A stretch of DNA of 64,000 nt from Cytophagaceae bacterium (GCA_027490155.1 JAIXYP010000028.1:8132-72131); one strand, 5' to 3'. Shown: positions 37,560 to 48,000, numbered from the stretch's first letter. Program-made: numbers and translations. Notes: generated from the sequence alone by a model not told the origin.

Positions 37560-38267
37560 ATGATATATTGGGCAGCATTTGTTTTAGGCATCGGCAGTGC
37601 TTTCCATTGTATCGGGATGTGTGGACCCTTAGCATTGCTTGTCCCTTTACCTCGGCACCTGTCACTCAGTACCAAGATTATGACCTTGGCCAACTATCAC
37701 GTTTGGCGTATCATAGTTTATGTGGCTCTTGGACTGATTGCGGGCATCCTCAGCAATGCCACAAGCCTGCTACCAGAGGTATTGGCCCACCAACAAAGCC
37801 TCACCCTAGGCCTTGGCCTATTGCTGCTAGTGACATCCCTTTTGCCTATTGTGCGCCATCTAGCCGAGCGCTGGGGCAATAAACAGACCAAAGGTTTGCT
37901 TCGTATTCTGATGACAAAGTACCAATCCGTTCGTCAGGTAAACCCAGCCTTGGCTTCGATGATCTTGGGAGTGCTACATGGCTTAGTACCCTGTGGGATT
38001 GTATATAGCGCCGTTATCATGTCCATGTTGTCAGGCAATGCGCTTTCGGCTGGGCTGATGATGTTGTCGTTTGGCCTTGCTACCAGCATGACTCTCATGG
38101 TGGTACGTTTAGTTGGGGCACAATTTCAACTACCAAATGCACGCTGGATCCAGCTTTCTCTTAGCCTTGTTGCTATCCTGATGGTATTGCGGGCCAATCG
38201 TGCAGTATTGCTGCCTAGCAATCAAGATCAACCAAGCTCTATCGTAGCCGTGCCCTGCCATAAGTAG
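37560..38267 (+). CDS. TauE/SafE (COG2836)-like integral membrane protein with a conserved HCxxMCGP motif
   Basis: MIYWAAFVLGIGSAFHCIGMCGPLALL and six predicted TMs. Last gene of the cco operon. Confidence 0.65.
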   Translation: MIYWAAFVLGIGSAFHCIGMCGPLALLVPLPRHLSLSTKIMTLANYHVWRIIVYVALGLIAGILSNATSLLPEVLAHQQSLTLGLGLLLLVTSLLPIVRHLAERWGNKQTKGLLRILMTKYQSVRQVNPALASMILGVLHGLVPCGIVYSAVIMSMLSGNALSAGLMMLSFGLATSMTLMVVRLVGAQFQLPNARWIQLSLSLVAILMVLRANRAVLLPSNQDQPSSIVAVPCHK

Positions 38268-38411
38268 TCAAGCATAGGATTCAGCTATCCAGGTAACAGT
38301 CTATTTAGATCGCTCCTGATTCACCTGATCTCCATTGCCCAATGGAAGTGCTATGCCTACATGCCCTTATCGATGATTTTGCTTACCAAATCCGTCAGCA
38401 ATACCACTAAA

Positions 38412-38445
38412 GAAGCCCTCAGTAGAACTAACTACTGAGGGCTTC
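38412..38445. terminator. Bidirectional terminator hairpin with a perfect 14-bp stem
   Basis: GAAGCCCTCAGTAG-AACTAA-CTACTGAGGGCTTC between convergent genes. Confidence 0.6.
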
Positions 38446-38495
38446 TAGGTTTATGAATGCTAGTAGCGTAACCTGAAGATTACACTAAAATCATC

Positions 38496-40889
38496 CTATT
38501 GTTTGACGAAACGCTTCACGACACGCTCGGTGCCAGACTGCAAAACCATCATGTACAAACCTGGGGTCAGGTGAGCAATAGAGATGGTAGTCTTGATGTC
38601 GTTGAGTTGGTGGGTTGCCACAACGCGACCATTAACGTCGATGATAGAGGCAGGTACCAACACTCCGTCACGATTAAGCGAAATGGTCAAGCAAGTAATG
38701 GCAGGGTTCGGGTTAAGGCTTACACCTAGTCGAGCAATAGCCTTTGCTGTAGAAACTGGGAAGGTTACTGTTGGGGTTGGTGGGGAAGCGCCTTGATCAT
38801 CATTGTCGCAGTTGACAGCAACAATACGGTACTCATAAGCATAGCTAGGCACGGCCATATAGTCGTACCACTCTTGTGGGTTGAGGTCCATTGGGCCTTG
38901 GTTGGCACAGCCAAGTGGCAAGTTGCCAAGATCACGCATGTTGAAGTCAGCCACTTGGCTACCGGTGACATTAGCAGGGCGATAAGCAATCGTGACCCAG
39001 CTGCTGGTTGCAGCGACACGACGGTCGATCCGGAAAGCAACCTCGTCATTAGCTACATCTTCCCACTTCAGTTTGATGCAGGTACGGACGCTATCAGGCT
39101 CGGCAGTCACGTTGATTGGTGGAGCTGGTGCGCTACCAGAGGTTGGGCAGGTAAAGTTCAAGTCACCGATGTTGGTACCGTTAAGACCACCTTGTGAGTT
39201 AGGCGCACCAGTGGTTGGATGGAAGTTAGCGACAGCTTGCGCATCTTCGACACGGTTAGCATCAGGCTTCAGCAGACCTACTGCACCACGCTGACGGTTC
39301 CAACCCTGGAACATACCATATACTGGCACATCCCAAGGGGCAATGTAGCCATCCTTGCCTGTACGGCCCTGGCGATTGAACGTTTCGGCAACTGATAGGA
39401 AACCGACTCCACCTTGGGTTTGGTAAAGGATACCTTCGCCATCATTACCAGGAGTAGAGCCAGTACCTTGATACCAGTTATGGTCAGTCCAGACACACCA
39501 ACCAGCCATATCAAATGCACGGGACATATTATCAGAGTTGACACCTGCTTCCTGAACACCGTCTAAGGTCAGCTCATATACTGGAGACTGGCCACTGGCG
39601 GCTAGGCCATATATATTATCCCCTTCGGTAAGGTAGTCGCGGTGGTTGTAGTTATTCTGGACGATCATCCACTTACCTGCCAGCTCATAACCTTTATGGC
39701 CATGGCTATAAACGAAGTTGTCACGGACGACGACGTTCTCCTCGACGTAAGGGCCATTCAGGTAATTGCAACGGTTTGCAGCACGGGTGATGAGCGATTT
39801 GTTGATGTCAATCCCGCCTTGTTTGGCATAGTCAAACAGGATGGTTTTGACTTGGAAAGGGCTGCCTTGGACAACTTGGTTATGACGCTGGATTTTCTGG
39901 TCGTAATAGAAGTTCTTGTCAGACTTAGGCAAGGCATTATTGGCCACAAACACATTGGCTCCGTCGATGTTGAGGCGGGAAGCAAAACGGTAGGTGTGGA
40001 ATGTGCCAGCATCTACTGAGTCGGTCCTGATGCCACCTGCAGATTTGTAAAGCTCCATGTACTGGTCTGTCAAGGCGCAATCGTCAAAACGGCAACCAAA
40101 AATGAACCGACCACCAATCGAGTGATGATAAGTGCCATCCTTGACGGCACCGAACATTGGGTCACCAGGGTGCTGACCATTAGCTACGCGGTTGTTCCAT
40201 GGCTCAATTTCGCCAGGGCTTAGGCTGTAGCGCGCTTTTCTGTAAGATCCGTTAGGGTTGCTGGCTGGGTTCAACTCGCCCCAAGTGCTAGACCAGTCAA
40301 GGTCAGGTCCAAAATAGACGTAGCCACCAACGACGTTCACCCAAGCGATACCGACATGGTGTTGGTCAGAGATCTTTTGGTTGGCATCAGCATGCAGGCC
40401 AATCATGTTCCAGACTTCTGGTACTTCACCAGTTCCACCGTTGACAGCCGGCTTCTGAATCATTGGGAACAAAAACTTAGTACCTAATGCAGACAAACCT
40501 GCCGTGACAGAATCATTAATGGCAAGCTTGTCAGTCGTTGGCTCTTCGCCCAGGATGACAACACCCGTTTTGAGCATAAGGCCACGGCCAGTGTTAGGGC
40601 CAGTTGGGTGGTCAGCAAAGTTGTAAGTACCAGCAGGATAGTAAAGCACACCTCCACCGGCAGCAGCTAGTTGGTCTCGGGCGTTCTCGAATTTCTCGAA
40701 GTCATTGGCTCCATTGGTATAGGTAGCCATGTTAATCTTGTTGGACCACTGGATGGCGTCAGACCAGGCTGGCCAACCTCTGTCTTGGTAAAACGTGGCC
40801 ATTGGGTTCTGGGACCCAGCCCAAGGTTGTGCGACAGCGCCAATGGCGGAGGCGAACAACAAGGTGATCATCAATAAAGCGTTTTTCAT
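38496..40889 (-). CDS. Secreted right-handed beta-helix (pectate-lyase-3/tailspike-like) protein with an Fn3-like domain and a T9SS C-terminal sorting domain
   Basis: Signal peptide MKNALLMITLLFASAIGAVAQ. N-terminal motif …FENARDQLAAAGGGVLYYPAGTYNF… typical of Pectate_lyase_3/beta-helix hydrolases. Fn3-like segment. The C-terminus (…LTPGLYMMVLQSGTERVVKRFVKQ) is a Por tail. Confidence 0.6.
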   Translation of the reverse strand: MKNALLMITLLFASAIGAVAQPWAGSQNPMATFYQDRGWPAWSDAIQWSNKINMATYTNGANDFEKFENARDQLAAAGGGVLYYPAGTYNFADHPTGPNTGRGLMLKTGVVILGEEPTTDKLAINDSVTAGLSALGTKFLFPMIQKPAVNGGTGEVPEVWNMIGLHADANQKISDQHHVGIAWVNVVGGYVYFGPDLDWSSTWGELNPASNPNGSYRKARYSLSPGEIEPWNNRVANGQHPGDPMFGAVKDGTYHHSIGGRFIFGCRFDDCALTDQYMELYKSAGGIRTDSVDAGTFHTYRFASRLNIDGANVFVANNALPKSDKNFYYDQKIQRHNQVVQGSPFQVKTILFDYAKQGGIDINKSLITRAANRCNYLNGPYVEENVVVRDNFVYSHGHKGYELAGKWMIVQNNYNHRDYLTEGDNIYGLAASGQSPVYELTLDGVQEAGVNSDNMSRAFDMAGWCVWTDHNWYQGTGSTPGNDGEGILYQTQGGVGFLSVAETFNRQGRTGKDGYIAPWDVPVYGMFQGWNRQRGAVGLLKPDANRVEDAQAVANFHPTTGAPNSQGGLNGTNIGDLNFTCPTSGSAPAPPINVTAEPDSVRTCIKLKWEDVANDEVAFRIDRRVAATSSWVTIAYRPANVTGSQVADFNMRDLGNLPLGCANQGPMDLNPQEWYDYMAVPSYAYEYRIVAVNCDNDDQGASPPTPTVTFPVSTAKAIARLGVSLNPNPAITCLTISLNRDGVLVPASIIDVNGRVVATHQLNDIKTTISIAHLTPGLYMMVLQSGTERVVKRFVKQ

Positions 40890-41237
40890 TTTGCGTTTCT
40901 CCTAATTTGGGAAAATTCTGGTGTGATAAAGCTGGTTAAGTCAACGCCGAGCAACTTGGGTAGCTACTCAACACTACAAAGTAGAGACTATTATTGCCGA
41001 GGTCAAATCCAAATGCTTTCCAAATCATATCCAGACCCTGACTAACTTAGTATTTATGATAGAAAACGCTTATATAGCTACCAATGGTCACATTTTGATC
41101 ATGTCTAATGGTCCAAAAGTCACCCAACATTAATAGCTGCGTTTGTGAGGTAGGAGGATATGGTCGTGCTCAATTCTGCAATTAGTCCGGGAATAATCAA
41201 CTTCAGGTATTTGGCAAACCATTAGCCAAAAGCAGAA

Positions 41238-41274
41238 AAGCCCTGCTCGACCACCAATCGTCGGCAGGGCTTTT
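41238..41274. terminator. Terminator hairpin downstream of the flotillin gene
   Basis: AAAGCCCTGC-…-GCAGGGCTTTT with flanking T/A-runs. Confidence 0.55.
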
Positions 41275-41296
41275 ATTATTTATGGGTCAGGCCTAG

Positions 41297-43168
41297 CTAT
41301 TTAGGTGGGGCCTCATCAGGAAGTGGACTCCCAGCAGGTTTGTCTCGCTGGATAGTTTGCTGGCTTGTCTGCTGCAAAACCTGGGCGACCAGGGCCGTCC
41401 CTATGTCGTTGCCACTACCTGCCCCATTACCACCTTGGACCAAGATATCAGGGATGATTTTGATATTGTTGGTAGCCAAGGTTCTTGTTACCTGGATACG
41501 AGCAAAGTTTTCGTCACCCATGGCGTCCACACCAGCCTTGTAAGCAGCCGCCTCGGCTGCACCTTTGGCCTCGATGACTTCAGCCTCTGCCATACCTCGA
41601 GCCTGGATGACCTCGGCATCAGCCTTACCTCGTGCTTTGCTGGCGTTGGCATCAGCGTTGCCCTGTAGCTCAGTGGCGCGGGCCTTACCTTCTGCCTGTT
41701 TTACGGCAGCGTTGGCATTACGCTCAGCAATTGTCACACCCTGCTCAGCACTCACAAGTTGGGACTGAATATCGGCCATTGCCTGCGCCTTCTGGAGTTC
41801 CTGACGTTTTTCAGCAGCCTGCCGTTGCTGGTCAAAAGTCTCCTTCTGCATCTCTGCGATCTTACGGTCCGTCAGTGTATTCATCACCTCTTGTGGTGGC
41901 ACAATATCACCAATCAAAGTATCAACCCCATGGACCGAATAGGTATCGAGGATGGTGGAAATATACTCCTTGCCTTCTTGTTGCCGCTCACGCCGCTCCT
42001 TAATAAAGTCAATGGCATTGCTAGCCTGCGCTGAGTTCCGGAAATAGTTACCGATCGTTGGCTCTAGCACCTGAGACACCAAGTTGGCGACTGACCCTAC
42101 AGCTGATATTACTTTCGGTGCCTGATCTGCAGGGATATGGATAATCTGGGAGACGTCCAGCTTGAGCGTAAAACCATCTTGTGACCGCACATTGATGGAC
42201 GAAAGGCGAGCATCAAGCCCATGAGCCTCAGAAGTGTTGGCCCAGTTGAGCAGAATGTTGGTTGTTGGTACCTTCCGTACGTCCTGCACAAAAGTGTTGA
42301 TTGGGTACTTGCCTGGCTCGAGGACGTCTTGCCAGACACCTTTGTAGCCACGTGGGTAGATATTGCCGTGTTTGAAGGCCTTGCCTGACGAGTCCTCTGC
42401 ACTTGATCCATCCTTACCAATAAAGGATATCACGACACCAACATGGCCAATCGGCACCTCGGTCATCGGGATGGCATCAACTGTCACGAACCATGGATTA
42501 AGGTTATAAGCACCAGGTAAGAGCACTTGCTCTTGCAGACCCTTAATACCTCCTTGGTCAATGAACTGTTGCGGGTCCTGAAAGTTTTTGTGCCCATCAA
42601 TCAGGTGGCCAGCCAGCTCACCAGACGAAGGCTCACCGTCTAGCGCCGTTACAATGCCGATGTTGTCTAGTGGGATGCGCAAGATCGGAACGATAACTTC
42701 CACCTTAAACAAAGCAGGGTTGATCCTGTAGGTACCTGCCGAAAGGACTTCCACTTGGCGTCCTTTTTGCCCGCCACCTTCGAGGAAGGCTTGTGCGTTC
42801 TGGAAACTGTCACACGGGACTTTTTTGCCTAGCACACGGTTAGGCGGCAAGGCCGAACCATCATTAGCAACCAAAAGGCCCAACTGACCTTCTGGGATCA
42901 TCACGAACGGAATGCGATCAACAGCAAACTGCCATGGCCAATACCAAAAATAGATACCTGGTGCTAAGGTGTTGGCTTGATAGCCAGCCTCCCCATTTAG
43001 GGCCAATATGCGCCCTTCAGGCAAGCTTTTGTTCGGCCCGAAGAGCACGAACTTTTTTGTCACCAGCCCTATTTTATTTTCAGGAATGTACACGATGCCG
43101 AGTAGCCACTTGGCCAACAACAGCAGGACGATCAGCACAGCTAGTCCGATCAGGATAGGAACAACCAT
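41297..43168 (-). CDS. Flotillin family protein (SPFH/band-7 domain, YqiK-like)
   Basis: N-terminal TM, SPFH domain, and an Ala/Glu-rich coiled-coil C-terminus (…AEKRQELQKAQAMADIQSQL…). Confidence 0.85.
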   Translation of the reverse strand: MVVPILIGLAVLIVLLLLAKWLLGIVYIPENKIGLVTKKFVLFGPNKSLPEGRILALNGEAGYQANTLAPGIYFWYWPWQFAVDRIPFVMIPEGQLGLLVANDGSALPPNRVLGKKVPCDSFQNAQAFLEGGGQKGRQVEVLSAGTYRINPALFKVEVIVPILRIPLDNIGIVTALDGEPSSGELAGHLIDGHKNFQDPQQFIDQGGIKGLQEQVLLPGAYNLNPWFVTVDAIPMTEVPIGHVGVVISFIGKDGSSAEDSSGKAFKHGNIYPRGYKGVWQDVLEPGKYPINTFVQDVRKVPTTNILLNWANTSEAHGLDARLSSINVRSQDGFTLKLDVSQIIHIPADQAPKVISAVGSVANLVSQVLEPTIGNYFRNSAQASNAIDFIKERRERQQEGKEYISTILDTYSVHGVDTLIGDIVPPQEVMNTLTDRKIAEMQKETFDQQRQAAEKRQELQKAQAMADIQSQLVSAEQGVTIAERNANAAVKQAEGKARATELQGNADANASKARGKADAEVIQARGMAEAEVIEAKGAAEAAAYKAGVDAMGDENFARIQVTRTLATNNIKIIPDILVQGGNGAGSGNDIGTALVAQVLQQTSQQTIQRDKPAGSPLPDEAPPK

Positions 43169-43355
43169 TGAGATATAGGGCTATTAGCCCCGGTTAGTTG
43201 GTCCAAAAGTACTATGGCCAAACATTGCCTCCCACTGGTCTAGATGGGCGGATCGGCCATGTGCCATGCGGTTGTTTTTATGGCTATTCGGCGACCTTGA
43301 TAGAATCCCCCATACGGCTATAGACCTAGGTATCGACTCAGGATAATAACAGTGC

Positions 43356-43952
43356 TTATTGCGCTAACTTATTAGCATTCGCCAAACTATCAGCCACTTG
43401 TTTGGCCCGCCGCTCTATAAACCCCTCAAGCGACCCTTTTCCCCTTTTCATAAAATCAGCCATTTGAGCAGCTCCTTCACGATACGGGTGGTTAGGGTAC
43501 TCCTTAACAAACTTCTCGAACACGACGATACACTGGGCACTGTCCCCCGCATCATGCAAGGCATTACCCAGGAAAAACAAGGCGTTGGGCCGCATCGGAT
43601 GCTTAGGATAGGTATCATAGGCGTACTTGTCAAGGTTGGCAGCCTTCATGAAGTCACCTAGGGTGCTGTAGATGTTAGCCTCCTTCAGGATAAACGGAAG
43701 GGATAGCGAATCCTCCCGATAATCAAGGGCAAAAAACTGGTAGGCCTCAGCAAGGCGGAGGGCAGTTTGGGTTTGCGCTGGTCCATCGCCAGCATTCCTG
43801 AGCTGCAATTGCAAACTATCAATGCGTTTTATTGCTTGTGCCCGAAGGTCTTTTTGGGTCGTATCTGGCTTCGTACCACAGCTGGCAAAAAAAGCGATGG
43901 TGGCCGCTAAAACTACAAATACTAGGAATCGTAAACGCAAAATGGTCATCAT
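43356..43952 (-). CDS. TPR-like lipoprotein of unknown function
   Basis: Signal peptide MMTILRLRFLVFVVLAATIAFFASCG (lipobox). Helical TPR-like repeats. Start taken at the internal Met (43952) rather than 44069. Confidence 0.55.
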   Translation of the reverse strand: MMTILRLRFLVFVVLAATIAFFASCGTKPDTTQKDLRAQAIKRIDSLQLQLRNAGDGPAQTQTALRLAEAYQFFALDYREDSLSLPFILKEANIYSTLGDFMKAANLDKYAYDTYPKHPMRPNALFFLGNALHDAGDSAQCIVVFEKFVKEYPNHPYREGAAQMADFMKRGKGSLEGFIERRAKQVADSLANANKLAQ

Positions 43953-44356
43953 GGATGTTATTTTTCTTATCCTAAACTCGTGGCTATCGACTAATCTAAG
44001 CCAAAGGGCTACAAAGCTAAGCAACAATCGAGGCACCAAGTAGCCATGCCTAAATAATGCTAAACGCAAGGCAGCTTTTCAGTTGCACAGATAGCCCCAA
44101 AAAACAAAAGGTAGGCTCTTGAAACCTACCCTTTGCAAGTACCGAGCACCTGATTTGGCACCTACAGCCTCCCCAACAGAGAGCAGGTTAAAATCATAGT
44201 ACTTCCAGATTCACTTCATAAGATCAGACAGCCAATCAAAAGAAAGGGTTGCCTGTATCAATAAATTTCTATAATAAATTTCTAGCCACACCTTTTTGGT
44301 GGAATAGTTGGCGCTTACATCTTGTCGATCACCTAGTTAAAGCTGCTCACAATGAC

Positions 44357-44812
44357 CTAATTGAGTTCGATGGTGGTCTCGATGGTCATGGAAGGTGATA
44401 ACATGTTATGGACGGGGCATTTGTTGGCGATGATCAGCAGTCGGCCTGGATCTATGTCTTGATCTGGGTCATGAAGCCTAACGGTAATAACACGCCTCAC
44501 GGACTCAATCTTGACGGCGCGGGCATCAGTATCGAAGGCAATGCTAACCTCAAGGTCTGGCAAAGAGGCCATTCCCTGGTTCGAATCCGCATCTAGGCCA
44601 GGAATATTGCGGGCGAGCTTGTGCTCTAGGTACATCCTGAGGGTAATCAGTGTGCAGCTTGCCAAGCCCATCATGACGGCATCAAATGGTGAGGGTCCTT
44701 GGTTGAGCCCACCCTGAATCAGGGGTTCGTCCTGCACTAGGCTGACATTGCCAACCTGCGTAAGGACCTTGTAATTAGGCCATTCGCCCTTTGTGACCGC
44801 CAAGATGCCCAT
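44357..44812 (-). CDS. OsmC/Ohr family peroxiredoxin-like protein
   Basis: OsmC signature GLNQGPSPFDAVMMGLASC and a second Cys in …ANKCPV…. Confidence 0.8.
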   Translation of the reverse strand: MGILAVTKGEWPNYKVLTQVGNVSLVQDEPLIQGGLNQGPSPFDAVMMGLASCTLITLRMYLEHKLARNIPGLDADSNQGMASLPDLEVSIAFDTDARAVKIESVRRVITVRLHDPDQDIDPGRLLIIANKCPVHNMLSPSMTIETTIELN

Positions 44813-44858
44813 AGTGATTTTGCTTGATTATCCAGCGGGCAAGGTAGGCGATATAATC

Positions 44859-45431
44859 CTAGTTGCGGGCAAGCTCAGCCATTTTTTTATCCACGATTGC
44901 CTCGGCTGTCCATACGAATTCAGCCACAAAATTGTTCACTGTCCGCTCGAAATTCGGATCGATCAGCTCGCCATGTGCGCCAATTTTTTTCTGAATCTCG
45001 GGAATCAATAACATCTGCGGAATCGGATAGGCCCAGATGGCTAAAACCAGTTCCTGCATTGCAAGTGCGCCTCGCATCCCACCCATCGGACCAGAGGTTG
45101 GGCTACTGATACCAATCACCTTTTTAGCGAAGTCTGGTTTGCCGAGGTGGTCCACCAAGTTCTTGAGTGCTGCGGTATAGCTGCCATTATACTCTGGGCT
45201 GATAAAGATCAAAGCTTCCGCCTCTCTTATCTCCGCCCTAACTTTAATGTAGTCTGGGTTCGGATTTGGGTGCCGATCGAGAACATAGTCTAACGGTGGA
45301 AAGTCTATCTCTTTTAAGTCTATAATCGAGACCGAATGCCCTAGGGCGCTGAATTTGTCAGAAAGAAGCAAGGCGGCACGGTGGGACAATCGGTCTTCTC
45401 GAACGGAGCTTGAAATCAAGGCAATTTTCAT
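44859..45431 (-). CDS. NAD(P)H-dependent FMN reductase
   Basis: Flavodoxin-like fold with MKIALISSSVREDRLS… and SPEYNGSY motifs. Confidence 0.8.
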   Translation of the reverse strand: MKIALISSSVREDRLSHRAALLLSDKFSALGHSVSIIDLKEIDFPPLDYVLDRHPNPNPDYIKVRAEIREAEALIFISPEYNGSYTAALKNLVDHLGKPDFAKKVIGISSPTSGPMGGMRGALAMQELVLAIWAYPIPQMLLIPEIQKKIGAHGELIDPNFERTVNNFVAEFVWTAEAIVDKKMAELARN

Positions 45432-45459
45432 AATGGTATGGGGTTGACTGACTTTGGGG

Positions 45460-46554
45460 TCAGACTTGGTAAGATAACAACGCTACAATGAGCTTTTGGT
45501 TTTCAGCCTCGGTGCCAATCGTGATACGCAAACAGTTGGCACAGCCTGATTGGCTACTGCGGTCCCGCACCACAACACCCTGCCCCAATAGGCGGACATA
45601 GAGCTCGGAGGCAATAATGTCCGACCCAAACCTAACCAAAACAAAATTGGCATCGGTCGGATAAACCTCTGCCACAATCGGAAGCTGAACCAATTGTTCC
45701 CTTAGCAACAAATGTTGGTGATTGAGCCGCCTGACTACCTCATTTTTGGCGTCTTGACCAGTAGTCAGGGCCTCAAGTGCCAAAGCCTGCGCAGGTCCTG
45801 ATAGATTGTAAGGTGGTTTGACTTTCTGAAGAATGGCAACCATATCTGCCGAGGCAAAGGCCATCCCGATCCGTAAAGCAGCCAGGCCCCATGCCTTAGA
45901 CATAGTTCTGATCACGACTAGATTTGGGTGCTCAGCCAATAAGCTGATTGCATTCTGCCTGTCCGTAAAATCGATATAGGCTTCATCCACCACCACGATG
46001 CCTTCAAATATGTTGCAGATGTCTTTCAGGTCCCTTCCATCCATTAAATTACCTGTAGGATTGTTAGGGCTACAGACAAACAACAACCTCACCATAGGTT
46101 TGGAGGACAATACAGCAGCCAAAGCAGGCATATCAATCTGAAAATCTGGCCGCAGCGGAACTGACAGGACCTCTAGGTTGTTGATACCCGCACTGACCAG
46201 ATACATGCCATAAGTCGGTGGCATCACGACGATCTTGTGCTGACCAGGGGTACAAAAAACCCGCATTAATAGGTCGATTGCCTCGTCAGACCCATTGCCG
46301 ACAAATACCTGAGCAGCATCCAGACCAACCATCTTGCCGACTAAATGCCGAATTTCTAAGGCATGCGGATCAGGATATCGATGCCATTGCTTTGCATCTT
46401 TTGGGAGTCCAGCAGACCCGTAAGCATTTTCGTTGGCATCCAGATAGACATCTGCCAGCCCGCTAAACTCGTCCCGCGCGCTACTATATGGCTTCAAGTT
46501 CAGCACATGAGGCAGTACCCATTGTAATGGATTTTTGTTGACTGGTTTGATCAT
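45460..46554 (-). CDS. hisC: Histidinol-phosphate aminotransferase
   Basis: Class-II aminotransferase with the PLP lysine in TMSKAWGLAALRIGMAF. Confidence 0.88.
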   Translation of the reverse strand: MIKPVNKNPLQWVLPHVLNLKPYSSARDEFSGLADVYLDANENAYGSAGLPKDAKQWHRYPDPHALEIRHLVGKMVGLDAAQVFVGNGSDEAIDLLMRVFCTPGQHKIVVMPPTYGMYLVSAGINNLEVLSVPLRPDFQIDMPALAAVLSSKPMVRLLFVCSPNNPTGNLMDGRDLKDICNIFEGIVVVDEAYIDFTDRQNAISLLAEHPNLVVIRTMSKAWGLAALRIGMAFASADMVAILQKVKPPYNLSGPAQALALEALTTGQDAKNEVVRRLNHQHLLLREQLVQLPIVAEVYPTDANFVLVRFGSDIIASELYVRLLGQGVVVRDRSSQSGCANCLRITIGTEAENQKLIVALLSYQV

Positions 46555-46575
46555 GTCTGAAGACTAGAGCTAGTC

Positions 46576-48000
46576 TTAACTGGTTTTGATAGGATTGTTA
46601 AGATTTTGATTGTCTTGATCCAAGCGCACCGATACCGCCAAGGCATGAGCATCAAGCGATTCGGCCTTGGCCATTGTCATAACAGTAGGCCCAATTAATG
46701 CCAATCCTGGAGATGACAATTGCTGCATCGTGATCTTCTTGACAAAACTATCGACACTAACACCTGAGTAGGCAGCAGCATACCCGTAGGTCGGCAGGGT
46801 GTGATTGGTGCCTGAGGCATAATCCCCAACCGACTCCGGCGAATGGTAGCCAAGGAAAACACTGCCCGCTTGCTTCACCTCATCTGCAAGGATCAAGGCA
46901 TCTTGTAGCGCTAAAATAAGGTGCTCAGGTGCATATTGATTGATTAGAGCCATTGCTATTTGGGGATCAGGCATCACAATAAATCGTGCATGGGCCAAGG
47001 CTACATCCGCAATCAATTGGCGATCAAGCCCAGCCAAATGCCTATCTATATCCTTGATAACAGCTTCGACGTAGGCTTCAGTTTCTGCAACCAAAACCAC
47101 TTGGCTATCAGGGCCATGTTCTGCCTGCGACAGCAAATCGGCAGCCACCCAGCTGGTTGGCATGGCCTGATCAGCATAGACCAATACCTCACTTGGGCCT
47201 GCTGGCATATCGATAGCTGTGCCATGCTGGTTAACCAGCTGCTTGGCCATGGTGACAAATTGATTGCCAGGTCCAAAAATCTTATTGACAGGACTGAATG
47301 TCTCAGTGCCATAAGCCATGGCAGCAATCGCCTGCGCCCCACCTGCCTTATATATCCTGTCAATTCCTACATGCTTTGCAGCAAACAAAATAGCAGGATG
47401 AATATGGCCATTAGCGTCGGCTGGGGTGGCTAGGACCACCTCTGGGCAGCCAGCCAGCAGCGCCGGGATACCGAGCATCAAGACAGTACTAAATAGCGGT
47501 GCTGACCCTCCCGGAATGTACAGCCCTACCCGATTGATACCTACGGACTTGCGCCAGCACAGCACCCCTGGCATGGTCTCTATGTAACCTATCGGGGCTA
47601 ATTGTTTGCTATGGAAAAGCCGAATATTAGTAGCAGCTTGCCTTATGGCTGTTTTGAGTTCGACATCAAGCTTTTGGTCTGCTGCCTCAAACTCGCTGTC
47701 AGTTACCCACAGGTTTGTTTGGGACCAACCACCAAATTTGGCATTAAACTCAGCCACTGCCTTGTCCCCCTCCTGCCTAACCTGATCCAGAATAGGCAGA
47801 ACTAATGACCGGACTTGCTCATGATCTGCTTGACCAGGGCGGCGTAGAATATCAGCCCAAGTATCTGGGCTGGGGTTAACGAAAATCTGGGTTGCAGAAT
47901 TGATGGACAAGTCTAAAATCAAATCAGTGGGAGGTAAAAGAACACTAATAATGCAGGACAGATCAGTAACGTTTATCCGATCATCTTCTCGATAGGGCAA
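46576..48000 (-). CDS. hisD: Histidinol dehydrogenase
   Basis: HisD motifs (…SQAEHGPDSQVVLV…). The real start is probably downstream of 48000, near 47910 (…IFVNPSPDTWADILRRP matches a HisD N-terminus), because the ATG at 48000 overlaps hisG by 28 nt. Confidence 0.85.
   Translation of the reverse strand: MPYREDDRINVTDLSCIISVLLPPTDLILDLSINSATQIFVNPSPDTWADILRRPGQADHEQVRSLVLPILDQVRQEGDKAVAEFNAKFGGWSQTNLWVTDSEFEAADQKLDVELKTAIRQAATNIRLFHSKQLAPIGYIETMPGVLCWRKSVGINRVGLYIPGGSAPLFSTVLMLGIPALLAGCPEVVLATPADANGHIHPAILFAAKHVGIDRIYKAGGAQAIAAMAYGTETFSPVNKIFGPGNQFVTMAKQLVNQHGTAIDMPAGPSEVLVYADQAMPTSWVAADLLSQAEHGPDSQVVLVAETEAYVEAVIKDIDRHLAGLDRQLIADVALAHARFIVMPDPQIAMALINQYAPEHLILALQDALILADEVKQAGSVFLGYHSPESVGDYASGTNHTLPTYGYAAAYSGVSVDSFVKKITMQQLSSPGLALIGPTVMTMAKAESLDAHALAVSVRLDQDNQNLNNPIKTS

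Noticed and set aside
44230-44262. Tandem direct repeat ATAAATTTCTA ×2 in the OsmC downstream region
   Set aside because: It is short, AT-rich and plausibly arose by chance. It has no associated feature.
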